A stretch of 61,844 bases of DNA, counting the filler. It is 5 parts of 5 records of this genome, joined end to end, with 100 filler letters (N's around TTAATTAATTAA, not from the genome) between each part and the next. Parts side by side here need not be neighbours in the genome. Positions count along the whole stretch, not along the records: positions 29,575 to 42,853 come from SRR20825010_3409; positions 42,954 to 46,744 come from SRR20825010_3413; positions 46,845 to 61,844 come from SRR20825010_3418; 2 more parts are not named here. One strand, written 5' to 3'. This document shows positions 38,658 through 50,661 of the stretch, one piece after another (positions within the stretch are counted from its first letter, which is position 1; every line of letters starts with the position of its first letter). The translations under genes were made by a program, and so were the position numbers. The notes beneath the pieces were generated by a model, which did no database searches, was not told where the DNA came from, and worked only from the letters and a program-made list of their open reading frames with translations.

Positions 38658-40085
38658 TCAGAGTTCCGTGTCGAGACTGCGTGCGATTTCGGTGACCACG
38701 CCCCAGCCTTCTCGGACATGGCGCTGTTCGGTGTTGGTCTGCCCGATGGAAAAGCGGATGGCCGCCCGGCCCCGGACCTTGTTCTGGGTGAGGTAAATCC
38801 GCCCGTCATCATTGATCCGCTGCAGCAAGGCCGCATTCAGGCGGTCGAGCGCCTCCGGCTCGTCGATGCCAGTCGGGTGGTAGCGAAAATTGATCAGCGC
38901 CAGAGAGCGCGGCGCGACGATCTCGAAATCCGGCTCGGCGGCGATCCATTCCTCAAGCATTGCCGCGAGATCGATATGTTTGCGGATAATCTTGCGCAAG
39001 CCCTCGGCGCCATAGGACCGGATCACCATCCAGAGCTTCAACGCCCGGAAGCGGCGGCCAAGCGGCACGCTCCAGTCCCGGTAATCGATCACCGCGCCCT
39101 GCTCCCGGCTTTTCAGGAATTCCGGCAGGATGGAAAGCGTACGGATCAGCGCATCCGGATCGCGCACGAAATGGGCCGAACAATCGAAATTCGTCAGCAT
39201 CCATTTGTGCGGATTGAAGACGATGCTGTCGGCATATTCGATACCGTCCAGCATCCAGCGCTGTTCCGGAAGTAACCAGGCCGTTCCCGCCCATGCCGCG
39301 TCGACATGCAGGAAGATGCCGTACCGCTCGCAAATCTCGCCAATGGCCCGAAGCGGGTCGACGGCGCCAACACCGGTGGCACCGATGGAAGCGACAACGC
39401 ATGTCGGAACGCATCCGGCCGCCTTGTCCGCCAGAATCCGCTCCTCAAGCACATCCGGACGCAGGGCGAAATTATCGTCCACGTCGATCAGCCGGAGATT
39501 CTCCCGCCCGAGCCCGATAATCTTCACGTTCTTCTCGGTCGCGGAGTGGGTCTGGTTCGAGGTGTAGACCGTCAATACCGGTTGTTGGCCGAGCCCGCGC
39601 TCGTTGGTGTTCCAGTTGGTCACCTTTTCCCGCGCCGTCAGCAGGGCACAGAGGATCGCTCCGGAGGCGGAATCCTGGATGACGCCGGTTAACCCCTCCG
39701 GCAAACCCGTCATCTGCCGGAGCCAGTCCAGCACCCGGGTTTCCATTTCGGTCGCCGCCGGGCTTGTCTGCCACAGCATGCATTGCGCGCCGAGTGTGGC
39801 CGTCAGCATTTCCGCCAGCACCGACGGCGGCGAGCTGTTGGCCGGGAAATAGGCGAAAAAGCGCGGGTGCTGCCAATGGGTGATGCCCGGCATCACGTCC
39901 GATTTGAAATCCGCGAAGATCCGCTCCATCGACTCGCCTGCGTCCGGCGGCGTCTCCGGCAGCTTTGCGGCGATCTCGCCTGGCGCGGTCTGCGCGCGCA
40001 CCGGATAGTTCTCCACCGTCTCCATATAGTCGGCCATCCAGTCGACAAGGTCATGGGCGTGACGGCGGAACTCTTCGGGCGACAT
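38658..40085 (-). CDS. Group II PLP-dependent decarboxylase (aromatic L-amino acid/DOPA decarboxylase-like)
   Basis: PGITHWQHPRFFAYFP, WQTSPAATEME, HVDAAWAG, FNPHKW, LGRRFRALKLW. Confidence 0.92.
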   Translation of the reverse strand: MSPEEFRRHAHDLVDWMADYMETVENYPVRAQTAPGEIAAKLPETPPDAGESMERIFADFKSDVMPGITHWQHPRFFAYFPANSSPPSVLAEMLTATLGAQCMLWQTSPAATEMETRVLDWLRQMTGLPEGLTGVIQDSASGAILCALLTAREKVTNWNTNERGLGQQPVLTVYTSNQTHSATEKNVKIIGLGRENLRLIDVDDNFALRPDVLEERILADKAAGCVPTCVVASIGATGVGAVDPLRAIGEICERYGIFLHVDAAWAGTAWLLPEQRWMLDGIEYADSIVFNPHKWMLTNFDCSAHFVRDPDALIRTLSILPEFLKSREQGAVIDYRDWSVPLGRRFRALKLWMVIRSYGAEGLRKIIRKHIDLAAMLEEWIAAEPDFEIVAPRSLALINFRYHPTGIDEPEALDRLNAALLQRINDDGRIYLTQNKVRGRAAIRFSIGQTNTEQRHVREGWGVVTEIARSLDTEL

Positions 40086-40365
40086 GAGGGTATCCAGGAA
40101 TAAAGATCAGGCCACGCCAGACTAGACCGATGAGCTTTCCGGCGCCAGTAGCGCCCCAGCACATGATTTCATCGGCATACACTGCAATGCATAGACAGGC
40201 GCCGGGCCAAAAATTAATCGAATTTTAAGAAAATCATCGCATACACGAAAATGGAGTTTCCAGAATACGTTTGTTATCCGCACCAAGGTAGCCAGCCAAT
40301 CACCTCCTGGCCGGCTCAAGGCAGCAGCCAAGGCTTCAGAATAGAGCCGGAAAAGTGTTCGTCCC

Positions 40366-40839
40366 ATGATCCTGGGTCACTATCGAGCCGATCAGAAATA
40401 CCGACACGTTCACAAGCTCGCCAGCAACCGCGCGGAAGGCCTGCTTGAATACTGGCACGAATGCTGCCCGACAGACGGCATCCCGGACAGGAATGCCTTC
40501 ACCCCGCACGCTTTACAGAAATGGCTCGGCTTCATCAGCGTCTATAAATATGTCGAAGAGCTCGACGATTTCGTGAATGCTCTCGAGGGCACGCTGATCA
40601 CGCAGATCACCGGACAGGACTGGACCGGAAAGTTTGCTTCCGATGTCGACAGCGAATTCGGCTCGACCTTTCACAATGAATTGTGCGCCGTGCGCCGAAC
40701 CCGCACCCCGTTGCTGGATCATGTGAAGATCTATCAAAAGGAATATAAATCCGCGACCAGACTGCTGATGCCGATCGGCGACAAGGGCAGTCAGGAAGTG
40801 GACCAGGTGTTCCTCGGGCTATTTCCCGACTGGTCTTGA
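40366..40839 (+). CDS. Stand-alone PAS-like domain protein
   Basis: LLEYW..., PDR..F.P..L, G.DWTG, RLLMP pattern of alphaproteobacterial PAS_5-type proteins. Confidence 0.6.
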   Translation: MILGHYRADQKYRHVHKLASNRAEGLLEYWHECCPTDGIPDRNAFTPHALQKWLGFISVYKYVEELDDFVNALEGTLITQITGQDWTGKFASDVDSEFGSTFHNELCAVRRTRTPLLDHVKIYQKEYKSATRLLMPIGDKGSQEVDQVFLGLFPDWS

Positions 40840-41967
40840 AGCGCCGCTGAAAGCGCTTTTCCGCTTCAGCCATTCCGCCCGGACATCCGGGTCCTCCTCG
40901 CCTTCAGACAATCCTTTTGCCAGATCTGAAAACCGCTGCTCCGGCAGCAGCCGCCCCAGCGCCCAGACCGCCATCGCGCGCACCAGCGGGGACGCATCCG
41001 TCAGAAGCGCTTCAATCATCGGCGCAAGACGATCATCACCGCTATTGCCGCAGGCGATCAGCACGTTGCGCAGAAACCGATCCCGGCCGATCCGCTTGAC
41101 CGGCGATCCCCTGAAGCGCTCCCGGAAGGCTGCATCGTCGAGGCCGAGAAATTCGGCCAGCGGCGGCAAGGTCAGGTCGTCCCGCGCGGCGAAGGCGGCT
41201 TCAGCGGATTGTTCTGCGAACTTGTTCCAGGGGCAGACGGAGAGACAATCGTCGCAGCCATAAATCCGGTTGCCCATCGGCACCCGGAATTCCTCCGCTA
41301 TATGGCCTTTATGCTCGATAGTCAGATAGGAGATGCAGCGCCTTGCATCGAGGGCATAGGGGCGCGGGAAAGCGTTGGTTGGGCAGATATCCAGACAGCG
41401 GGTGCACTTGCCGCAATGGTCGATCTCCGGCGCATCCGGCGCCAGCTCCATGTCGGTGAAAACTTCGCCAAGGAAGACCCAGGAGCCGTGTTCACGGGAC
41501 ACCATGTTCGTGTGCTTGCCCTGCCAGCCAAGCCCGGCACTGGCGGCGAGCGGCTTTTCCAGCACCGGCGCCGTATCGACGAAGACCTTCACCTGACAGC
41601 CAAACTCGGCGACCATCCAGCGGGCCAGCCGCTTCAGGCGCTTCTTGATCAGGTCGTGATAATCCTTGTTCCTGGCATAGACGGAGATGTTGGCCCGGTC
41701 TGTCGCATCCAGATTAGCCATCGGATCATGGTCGGGGCCGTAATTCTGGGTCAGCACGATAACGGACCGGGCGTCTTCCCAGATGCCCTTCGGGGCGATC
41801 CGGCGCTCCATATGGGCTTCCATCCAGCCCATGTCGCCATGCTCGCCATTGCCGACAAATTCACGCAGCCGTGCCTGCTCCCGCGTGCCGATATCGGCGG
41901 CGGTGATCCCGGTGGCGGAAAATCCGATCGCTTCCGCTTCCTGCCTGATCCGCTGTTCCGGCTGCAT
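40819..41967 (-). CDS. queG: Epoxyqueuosine reductase
   Basis: HGDMGWM, ISVYA..DYH, FVDTAPVLEK, CGKCTRCLDICPT, GCDDCLSVCPWN. Confidence 0.96.
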   Translation of the reverse strand: MQPEQRIRQEAEAIGFSATGITAADIGTREQARLREFVGNGEHGDMGWMEAHMERRIAPKGIWEDARSVIVLTQNYGPDHDPMANLDATDRANISVYARNKDYHDLIKKRLKRLARWMVAEFGCQVKVFVDTAPVLEKPLAASAGLGWQGKHTNMVSREHGSWVFLGEVFTDMELAPDAPEIDHCGKCTRCLDICPTNAFPRPYALDARRCISYLTIEHKGHIAEEFRVPMGNRIYGCDDCLSVCPWNKFAEQSAEAAFAARDDLTLPPLAEFLGLDDAAFRERFRGSPVKRIGRDRFLRNVLIACGNSGDDRLAPMIEALLTDASPLVRAMAVWALGRLLPEQRFSDLAKGLSEGEEDPDVRAEWLKRKSAFSGASRPVGK

Positions 41968-41988
41968 AAGCCCTTCCGTCCGGCGACC

Positions 41989-42853
41989 TCAGAGGGGCTC
42001 GATATCGCCCTCCGCCTGCTGAGCCCGGAAGGCCGCAGCATGCGCCGACAGAGTGCCGGCCTCGATGGCGCCGCGCAATCCGGCCATGACTTCCTGGAAG
42101 TAAGAGAGGTTGTGCCAGGTGAGCAGCATCAGCCCGAGCACTTCACCGGCCCGGAAGAGATGATGCAGATAGGCCCGGCTGTAACTGCTGCAGCACGGGC
42201 AGGAACAACCGGGATCGAGCGGGCGCGGATCGTCCATGTGGCGGGCATTGCGGATATTGACCGTGCCGCGCCGGGTGAAGGCTTGGCCCGTGCGCCCGCA
42301 ACGGGTCGGCAGCACGCAATCGAACATGTCGATGCCGCGCTCCACCGCGCCGACCAGATCGTCCGGCTTGCCGACGCCCATCAGATAACGCGGCTTGTCG
42401 GCCACCATGGACGGCGTGGTGAAATCGAGAGTCGAGAACATCATCTCCTGCCCCTCGCCCACAGCCAGACCGCCAACCGCGTACCCGTCGAAACCGATCT
42501 TGGTCAGCGCCTCGATGGATTCATGCCGAAGATCCTCGAACACGCTGCCCTGCACGATGCCGAACAGGCCGTAGCCGCCACGGTCGACAAAAGCGTCCCG
42601 CGAGCGCTGCGCCCAGCGCATCGAAAGCCGCATGGACTCGGCGGCTTCCTTCTTCTCCACCGGGTAGGGCGTGCATTCGTCGAAGCACATGGTGATGTTG
42701 GAATCGAGCTGATGCTGGATCTTGATCGAGCTTTCCGGGGTCAGCTCGTGGGAGCTGCCGTCGACATGGCTCTGGAAGGTCACGCCCTGTTCCGTGATCT
42801 TCCGCAGCTTGGAGAGGGACATGACCTGAAAGCCGCCGGAATCCGTCAGGATC
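41989..42853 (-). CDS. tgt: Queuine tRNA-ribosyltransferase, 5' truncated
   Basis: TDSGGFQ at contig edge, [39 protein letters not shown]. Confidence 0.96.
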
Positions 42854-42953
42854 NNNNNNNNNNNNNNNNNNNNNNNNNNNNNNNNNNNNNNNNNNNNTTA
42901 ATTAATTAANNNNNNNNNNNNNNNNNNNNNNNNNNNNNNNNNNNNNNNNNNNN
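42854..42953. other. Artificial contig spacer
   Basis: N44-TTAATTAATTAA-N44. Confidence 0.99.
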
Positions 42954-43226
42954 GGTCGCCATGATGTCAGCCATATGCGCCCACCATTTCTGCATCATCG
43001 GATGATCGGGGAGTGCTGCCATGCCGTGGTCCGGGCGACGGCGAAGAACGCCGAACAGCACATTCTTCTCTTCGTCGAGAAAGATCGAATAGTCGCTGAC
43101 GCCGGCTTCGTGCAGGAGGTCGACCAGTTCCGGCCAGATTTCGTCATGGCGGCGTTTGTATTCCGCCGCCATGCCCGGATTGAGCGTCATCTTGAAAGCA
43201 TGCTGTTCGAGGGCTTTCGTGCTCAT
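42954..43226 (-). CDS. rhaM: L-rhamnose mutarotase, 3' truncated
   Basis: [30 protein letters not shown]. Confidence 0.93.
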
Positions 43227-44224
43227 CTCCTTTTCTCCCGGATCTTGCGATAGATGATCGGCAGGGCAATGACGAAGATCAGCAGGGCGCCGATGAAGAT
43301 CGACATGACGATGCCGGGGACGTTCAGGAGCCCGAGCCCGAAGGTCGCCAGGCCCATGATGAATGCGGCAATGACGACGCCCTGGATCGTGCCCGAGCCG
43401 CCGAGGATAGAGACGCCGCCCAGAACCACCATGGTCACCACTTCCAGTTCCCAGCCGAGCGCGATCGAGGGACGCGTGGATGCAAGCCGGGAGGTCAGCA
43501 GGATCGAGGCGACGCCGGACATAAGGCCGGTCAGGCAAAACAGCAGGAATTTCACCCGCTCTACCCGGACGCCGGAAAAGCGCGCGGCCGTGGCGTTGTT
43601 GCCGATCACGAACACATGACGCCCGAAATTGGTCTTGTGCAGCAGCACGTAGAAAAGCACCGCCAGGATGAGGAAGAGCACGAATTCGAACGAGACCACC
43701 CACCAGACATAGCCCTGACCGAAGAAGTCGAAGCTTGCCGGATAGCCTTTGAAGGCCTGGTCACCGAGCACGATATAGGAAATGCCGCGAAAGAAGCTCA
43801 TCGTACCGATGGTCACGACGATCGACGGCAGGCCGAGGCGGGTTACGAGGAAACCGTTGAAGGCGCCGCAGGCAAGCCCCGTTGCAAGAGCAATCACAAT
43901 AAGCCCCGGCGTGCCGACCCCGAATTGCAGGGCAAACCCCATGGCGGTGGAGGCAAGCGCGATGATGGAGGCTACCGAAAGGTCGATTTCCCCGGATATG
44001 ATCAACAGCGCCATGGCAAGCGCGATGATCGCCTTTTCCGTGAAATTGAAGGTGGCGTCCGACAGCGACCAGGGCGTCAGGAAATAGGGCGAGGCGAACG
44101 AGTTGGCGATGAAAAGCGCCACGGCCACCACCAGAAGCAGGCTTGGCCAGGAAAGAACCGCGGTGCGCAGCGGCCTTTCCAGACGGTCGGGAATAAACCG
44201 GGTTTCGTGAGAAAAATCGCTCAT
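43223..44224 (-). CDS. rhaQ: Rhamnose ABC transporter permease
   Basis: [35 protein letters not shown]; upstream of rhaM. Confidence 0.85.
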   Translation of the reverse strand: MSDFSHETRFIPDRLERPLRTAVLSWPSLLLVVAVALFIANSFASPYFLTPWSLSDATFNFTEKAIIALAMALLIISGEIDLSVASIIALASTAMGFALQFGVGTPGLIVIALATGLACGAFNGFLVTRLGLPSIVVTIGTMSFFRGISYIVLGDQAFKGYPASFDFFGQGYVWWVVSFEFVLFLILAVLFYVLLHKTNFGRHVFVIGNNATAARFSGVRVERVKFLLFCLTGLMSGVASILLTSRLASTRPSIALGWELEVVTMVVLGGVSILGGSGTIQGVVIAAFIMGLATFGLGLLNVPGIVMSIFIGALLIFVIALPIIYRKIREKRR

Positions 44225-45197
44225 GACGTGGCCTCCGCCTCGCGCAGGATCAGACGATTGCCGCGCTTTTCGCCGCGGGCATTGATGGCGACGGCCAGAA
44301 TGATTGCCGCACCCGAGATTGCCATCTGCCAGAAGGGCGAGATGTTGATCACCGGAAGGGCGACATTGATGACGCCGAGGAAGAGCGCCCCGAGGATCGC
44401 GCCGGCAACGGTTCCGACCCCGCCGGCGATCGAAATGCCGCCGATCACGCAGGCCGCGACAATGGTGAGTTCATAGCCCTTGGCGACCTCGACCGAGCCG
44501 ATGACATAGCGCGAGACCCAGAGATAACCGCAAAAACCCGACAGCGCCCCGGAGATCAGGAAGGCGGCAAATTTCGTGCGCCCGACATCGATCCCCGCAT
44601 AGACGGAGGCCGTTGGATTGACGCCGATGGCGTAGATCGCGCGGCCGAGCGATGTGCGCGTCATCAGGACGAGAAAGCCGATTGCAACGACGATCGCGTA
44701 CCACGACAGGAGCGGCAGACCGAGGAATTCGATGCGGGTATATTTCACGAAGTCCCGGCTCATGGCGTCGGCATTGACCCATTGACCGCCAGCAATCAGA
44801 AAGATCAGGCCACGATAGATGGTGAGAGTGCCGAGCGTCACGACGATGGCCGGGATGCCGAGCAGCCAGACCAGTAGCCCGTTGAAGGCGCCAAGCAGAA
44901 GGCCGCAGACAAGGGAGAGCAGCATCAATGCCGGGATCGGAACGCCGGGGAGGGCGGCGTTGATGAGCGCGACGATCATGCCTGTCAGCGCCAGGTTCGA
45001 GGCCATGGAAAGGTCGATCGAACGGGTCAGGATCACTGCCATCTGACCGAGCGCCAAGATGATAAGCATCGCGGTGTCATTGAAGATATTGGCGATGTTG
45101 CCGGCTGAGGCAAAGCCCGGCGCACGGAAATCGGCCGCCAGCACCATGGCGGCGACGATGACCGCCAGCCAGAATTCGCGGGTGCGGATGAGCTTGT

Positions 45198-45201
<4 letters not shown>
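44221..45201 (-). CDS. rhaP: Rhamnose ABC transporter permease
   Basis: ILTRSIDLS, LWVSRY, AACVIGG, ISPFWQMAISG. Confidence 0.85.
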
Positions 45202-46727
<1,526 letters not shown>

Positions 46728-46744
46728 AAGAATTCCCCTTGATG

Positions 46745-46844
46745 NNNNNNNNNNNNNNNNNNNNNNNNNNNNNNNNNNNNNNNNNNNNTTAATTAATTAA
46801 NNNNNNNNNNNNNNNNNNNNNNNNNNNNNNNNNNNNNNNNNNNN
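46745..46844. other. Artificial contig spacer
   Basis: N44-TTAATTAATTAA-N44. Confidence 0.99.
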
Positions 46845-48089
46845 CACCACCACGATGGCGTCGTCCACCACGATACCGATCGCGAGCACCAGGCCGAACA
46901 GCGTCAGGGTATTGATGGAGTAGCCCAACAGGTAGAGCGCGCCGAAGGTGCCGATGACCGACACTGGTACCGCCAGCAACGGGATAATCGACGCCCGCCA
47001 GGTCTGCAGGAACAGCGTGACCACCAGTACCACCAGCAACACCGCCTCCAGAAGGGTGGCAATGACCGCCTTGATGGAATCGCTGACGAAGATCGTAGTA
47101 TCGTAAACCGCCTCATACTCCACCCCTTGCGGGAAGCGGGCAGACAGTTCATCCATAGTGGCGATCACTTCGTCGCGGATCTCCAGGGCGTTGGCGCCCG
47201 GCGCCTGGAAAACACCCAGGGCCACCGCATCCTTGCCATCCAGTTGCGAGCGCAGGGTGTAGTCACCGGCCCCCATTTCCAACCGGGCCACGTCTTCCAG
47301 GCGCAGAATCTCGCCGTTGTCACCGCGCTTGAGCACGATGTCACCAAACTCTTCCACGGTTTCAAGTCGGCCACGGGCGTTGATCAGTGTCAGGAAGTCG
47401 CTGTCCGGCACCGGTTCCGCGCCAATCTGGCCGGCAGACACCTGTACGTTCTGCTCACGCATGGCGCGGACGACATCGCTCGCCGTCAGGCCACGGGCCG
47501 CAATACGGTCCGGGTCCAGCCAGGCGCGCATGGCGTAATCACCGCCACCGAATATCTGCGCGTCGCCAACACCCTGGATCCGGGCCAGCCGGTCGCGCAC
47601 ATGCAACCGCGCGTAATTACGCAGGTAGAGCGTATCGTAGGTGCCGCTCGGTGATGTCAGGTGCACCACCATCAGGAACGTGGGCGACTGCTTCTGGGTG
47701 GTCACGCCCTGGCGCCGAACCTCCTCCGGCAGCCGGGCCTGGGCCTGGCTGACACGGTTTTGCACCCGTACGGTGGCCTCCTCGGCGTCGGTGCCTGGCC
47801 GGAAGGTGACGGTCATCTGAAGAACGCCGTCCGAGCCCGCCACGGACTTGAAGTACATCATGTCTTCGACACCACTGATGGCTTCTTCCAGCGGTGTGGC
47901 CACGGTTTCGGCAATCTCCTTGGGGTTGGCGCCGGGGTAGACGGTGCGCACGACCACCGACGGAGGCACCACTTCCGGGTACTCGCTGACCGGCAGGTTC
48001 GGAATCGAAATCAACCCGATGGCAAAGATGATGATGGACAGCACCGCCGCAAATATCGGCCGGTCGACAAAGAATCGGGAGATATTCAT
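46845..48089 (-). CDS. RND multidrug efflux permease, OqxB/MexF-like, 3' truncated
   Basis: FFVDRPIFAAVLS, LPVSEYPEVVPP, YPGANPK.IAETVATPLEE, KSVAGSDG, GIVVDDAIVV. Confidence 0.92.
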
Positions 48090-49276
48090 TGCGCCAGCTC
48101 CTGGGCGACGGCAACGGCGCCTTCTCCCTGGTCGGATTCTTTCATGGCAACCAGCTGCGGCTTGACTTGCATACCAGCGCCAAACACCTTCTGCACACCA
48201 TTGATGATCACAAGATCGCCATGGTTGAGACCTTCACGGATCACCTGGAGATCATCCACCTGACGGCCAGTAGTGACCTGCCGGGGCGCAACCCGATCCT
48301 GTTCATCCACCACGTAGACGAAACGACGGTCCTGATCGGTCAGCACCGCCTTGCGGTTGACCAGCAGCGCCTGGTCCAGCTCGGCCACGGGCATTTCCAC
48401 ACGGGCAAACTGGCCGGGCTTGATCAGACCGTCCGGGTTGTTGAGCACGGCACGGTACTGGAGGGTGCCGGTCCCCGGATTCAGGTGATTGTCGACGAAA
48501 TCCAGCTCGCCCTGGTACTGACGGCCATCCTCGCCACCCAGTGAAATGCGCACATCCCTGGGCTGACCATTGGCAAGCAGCTGCTGGCTACTGAACGCCG
48601 ATTGCTCATCGGCCTCGAAATACACGTGCACCGGGTCTACCGAAACTACCGTGGTGAGCAGGCTCTGGTCGGCGTTCGCCAGGTTGCCCTGGGTCACCAG
48701 GGCCCTGCCAGTCCGGCCACTGACAGGTGCAGTTACACGGGTGTACTGCAGGTTCAGCTCGGCGGTATCCAGCGCGGCCTGGGCAGCCTGTACACGGGCC
48801 CGGGCGCTCATCAACGCGGTATTGCGCTGATCGTATTCCTCACGGGATATTGCCCGGCTTTCCAGCAGCGTCTTGGCCCGGCCGGCTTCACTTCTGGCCA
48901 GATCAAGCTGGCTGTTGGCCAGCGCCAGTTCGGCACTCGCCGCCTGCTTTTGGGCTTCGTACGGACGTGGATCTATCTGGAACAACAGCTCGCCGGCCTG
49001 CACCAGTTCGCCTTCCTCAAAGGCCACCTTGTCGATGTAGCCACTGACGCGGGGCCGCAAGTCCACCGTTTCCGGCGATGCCACACGGCCTGTGAATGAT
49101 TCCCAGAGAGTGACCGGTTCCACGACCACTTCCGCCACATCCACCTCCGGCGGAGGCGGCATGCTTGCAGCTTCATCGCTTTGCGCCTCGCAGCCGGTCA
49201 ATAAAACAGTGATCGCTACAGCCAGGCCCAGTACACGGCCAGACCCTCTGAACGGTTTTGCAGTCAGACTTTCCAT
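48086..49276 (-). CDS. RND periplasmic adaptor, OqxA/MexE-like lipoprotein
   Basis: Lipobox LTGC, RPRVSGYI, IDPRPY, LTDQDRRFVYVV; start inferred at 49276. Confidence 0.9.
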   Translation of the reverse strand: MESLTAKPFRGSGRVLGLAVAITVLLTGCEAQSDEAASMPPPPEVDVAEVVVEPVTLWESFTGRVASPETVDLRPRVSGYIDKVAFEEGELVQAGELLFQIDPRPYEAQKQAASAELALANSQLDLARSEAGRAKTLLESRAISREEYDQRNTALMSARARVQAAQAALDTAELNLQYTRVTAPVSGRTGRALVTQGNLANADQSLLTTVVSVDPVHVYFEADEQSAFSSQQLLANGQPRDVRISLGGEDGRQYQGELDFVDNHLNPGTGTLQYRAVLNNPDGLIKPGQFARVEMPVAELDQALLVNRKAVLTDQDRRFVYVVDEQDRVAPRQVTTGRQVDDLQVIREGLNHGDLVIINGVQKVFGAGMQVKPQLVAMKESDQGEGAVAVAQELAQ

Positions 49277-49383
49277 GGTTTCTCGCTCCGCTATCGGGTT
49301 CACCTTGTGGGCGTTCCCGTTTTTGCCAAGTAATCGGTTGGATCGCTTGTTAAGTCGCTTGGGGTAAAACGAATTCGACACGA

Positions 49384-49414
49384 AGCTTATTTCCTCAAGT
49401 TAACTTGAGGTCAA
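49384..49414 (-). promoter_or_regulatory. SoxR box within a 19-bp-spacer sigma70 promoter driving the RND operon
   Basis: Perfect palindrome CCTCAAGTTAACTTGAGG (49393-49410); minus strand TTGACC-19 nt-TAAGCT. Confidence 0.9.
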
Positions 49415-49544
49415 TAACCTTGAATCGAGATGCTGGCTATGGGTGACATAGCGCCGGTTAATCGGATCGGGTAATGTTTACCCAACGGGAACACAACAAT
49501 ATCCAGTGGAAGGCATAAAGCGGTATCGGGTTACTGCGGGAAGC

Positions 49545-49621
49545 TTGCCCGATTCTGCCGGCATGGTTTATGCCGGAGAGGCCGGGTTGCCAATTTCTGC
49601 GTGGTCATTGCCTGATCCTGC
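49545..49621. promoter_or_regulatory. Three phased direct repeats TTGCCnnWTYCTGC, probable AraC-family operator
   Basis: Copies at 49545, 49587, 49608 (42 and 21 bp apart) upstream of the araC gene. Confidence 0.55.
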
Positions 49622-49691
49622 AGAAATTGCCTGAGAACCCGTACAGTTCAGGTTATGAAGGATTATACTGCCGCCAAAGGGAGACCCACCG

Positions 49692-50651
49692 ATGACTGCC
49701 AACGTTCCTGAGATTTCCGGAAATCTCACGCTCAATCTGCAGCAACAGCTCGCCCGTGTCGCCAGTCAATGGACGACACACCAGGGCATTCAGGGTTCAG
49801 CCATTGATGGCTTGGAATTGATACGCTGCAACGAACCGTCCAGCTGCGGTTCCAGTGTCTATGAACCTTCATTGTGTTTCGTGATTCAGGGCACCAAGAC
49901 CATCCAATTGGGTGACCGCGAGATCACCTACCAGCCCCTGTCCTATCTGGCCAGTTCAGTCCACCTGCCTGTACTGGGGCGAATTGTTGATGCCTCGGAG
50001 GAACACCCCTATCTGGCGGTAAAGCTCAAGGTAGACCCTCAGGAAGTGGCGGAGCTGGTGCTCGAACTGGGTGACAAGGCACCCCCGCTGCACCCGACCG
50101 AATCCTGCCCGGAGGTGCAATGCGGCCTGTGTATGTCGTCGATGGATGAACGGATGCAGAGCGCGCTCTACCGGCTGCTCAGCCTGCTGGATTCGCCCGG
50201 TGATATTCCTATTCTGGCACCCCTGGCTCGGCGGGAAATCATTTATCGCGCTCTGATTGGCGAGATGGGGTCACGGATGCGTAAGTTTGCGGCCGCTGAT
50301 TCCCAGGCACACCGCATTTCCACGGTTATCTCGACGTTGAAGGATCATTACGCCGAACCGCTACGAATCAGTGAACTGGCGGAAGCGGCCAATATGAGCG
50401 AATCCACCCTGTACCATAGTTTCAAGCAGGTGACCCGGATGTCGCCACTGCAGTTCCAGAAGAAGCTGCGTCTGCATGAGGCCCGGCGCCTGATGCTGAC
50501 CGAGGGGCTTGAGGCTGCCACCGCCAGCTATCGGGTGGGTTACGAAAGCCCTTCGCATTTCAGCCGCGAGTACAGCCGCCTGTTCGGTGCACCGCCCAGG
50601 GCCGACGTTACGCTTCTGCGTGGCGAACACCGGACCGCAGAGCCAGTTTGA
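49692..50651 (+). CDS. AraC-family regulator (YqhC/CmrA-like)
   Basis: YEPSLCFVIQGTK, AS.EHPYL, MSPLQFQK.LRL.EAR, VGYESPSHFSREY.RLFG.PP. Confidence 0.92.
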   Translation: MTANVPEISGNLTLNLQQQLARVASQWTTHQGIQGSAIDGLELIRCNEPSSCGSSVYEPSLCFVIQGTKTIQLGDREITYQPLSYLASSVHLPVLGRIVDASEEHPYLAVKLKVDPQEVAELVLELGDKAPPLHPTESCPEVQCGLCMSSMDERMQSALYRLLSLLDSPGDIPILAPLARREIIYRALIGEMGSRMRKFAAADSQAHRISTVISTLKDHYAEPLRISELAEAANMSESTLYHSFKQVTRMSPLQFQKKLRLHEARRLMLTEGLEAATASYRVGYESPSHFSREYSRLFGAPPRADVTLLRGEHRTAEPV

Positions 50652-50661
50652 CCCCTGAAAC

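Noticed and set aside
6275-40085. Pairing the aromatic amino acid decarboxylase with the aromatic-amine-type dehydrogenase as one pathway
   Set aside because: They lie on different contigs separated by two spacers; no evidence they share a genome
36289-42909. Long plus-strand ORFs (472 aa at 36289, 566 aa at 41209)
   Set aside because: Antisense shadows of divL and queG/tgt
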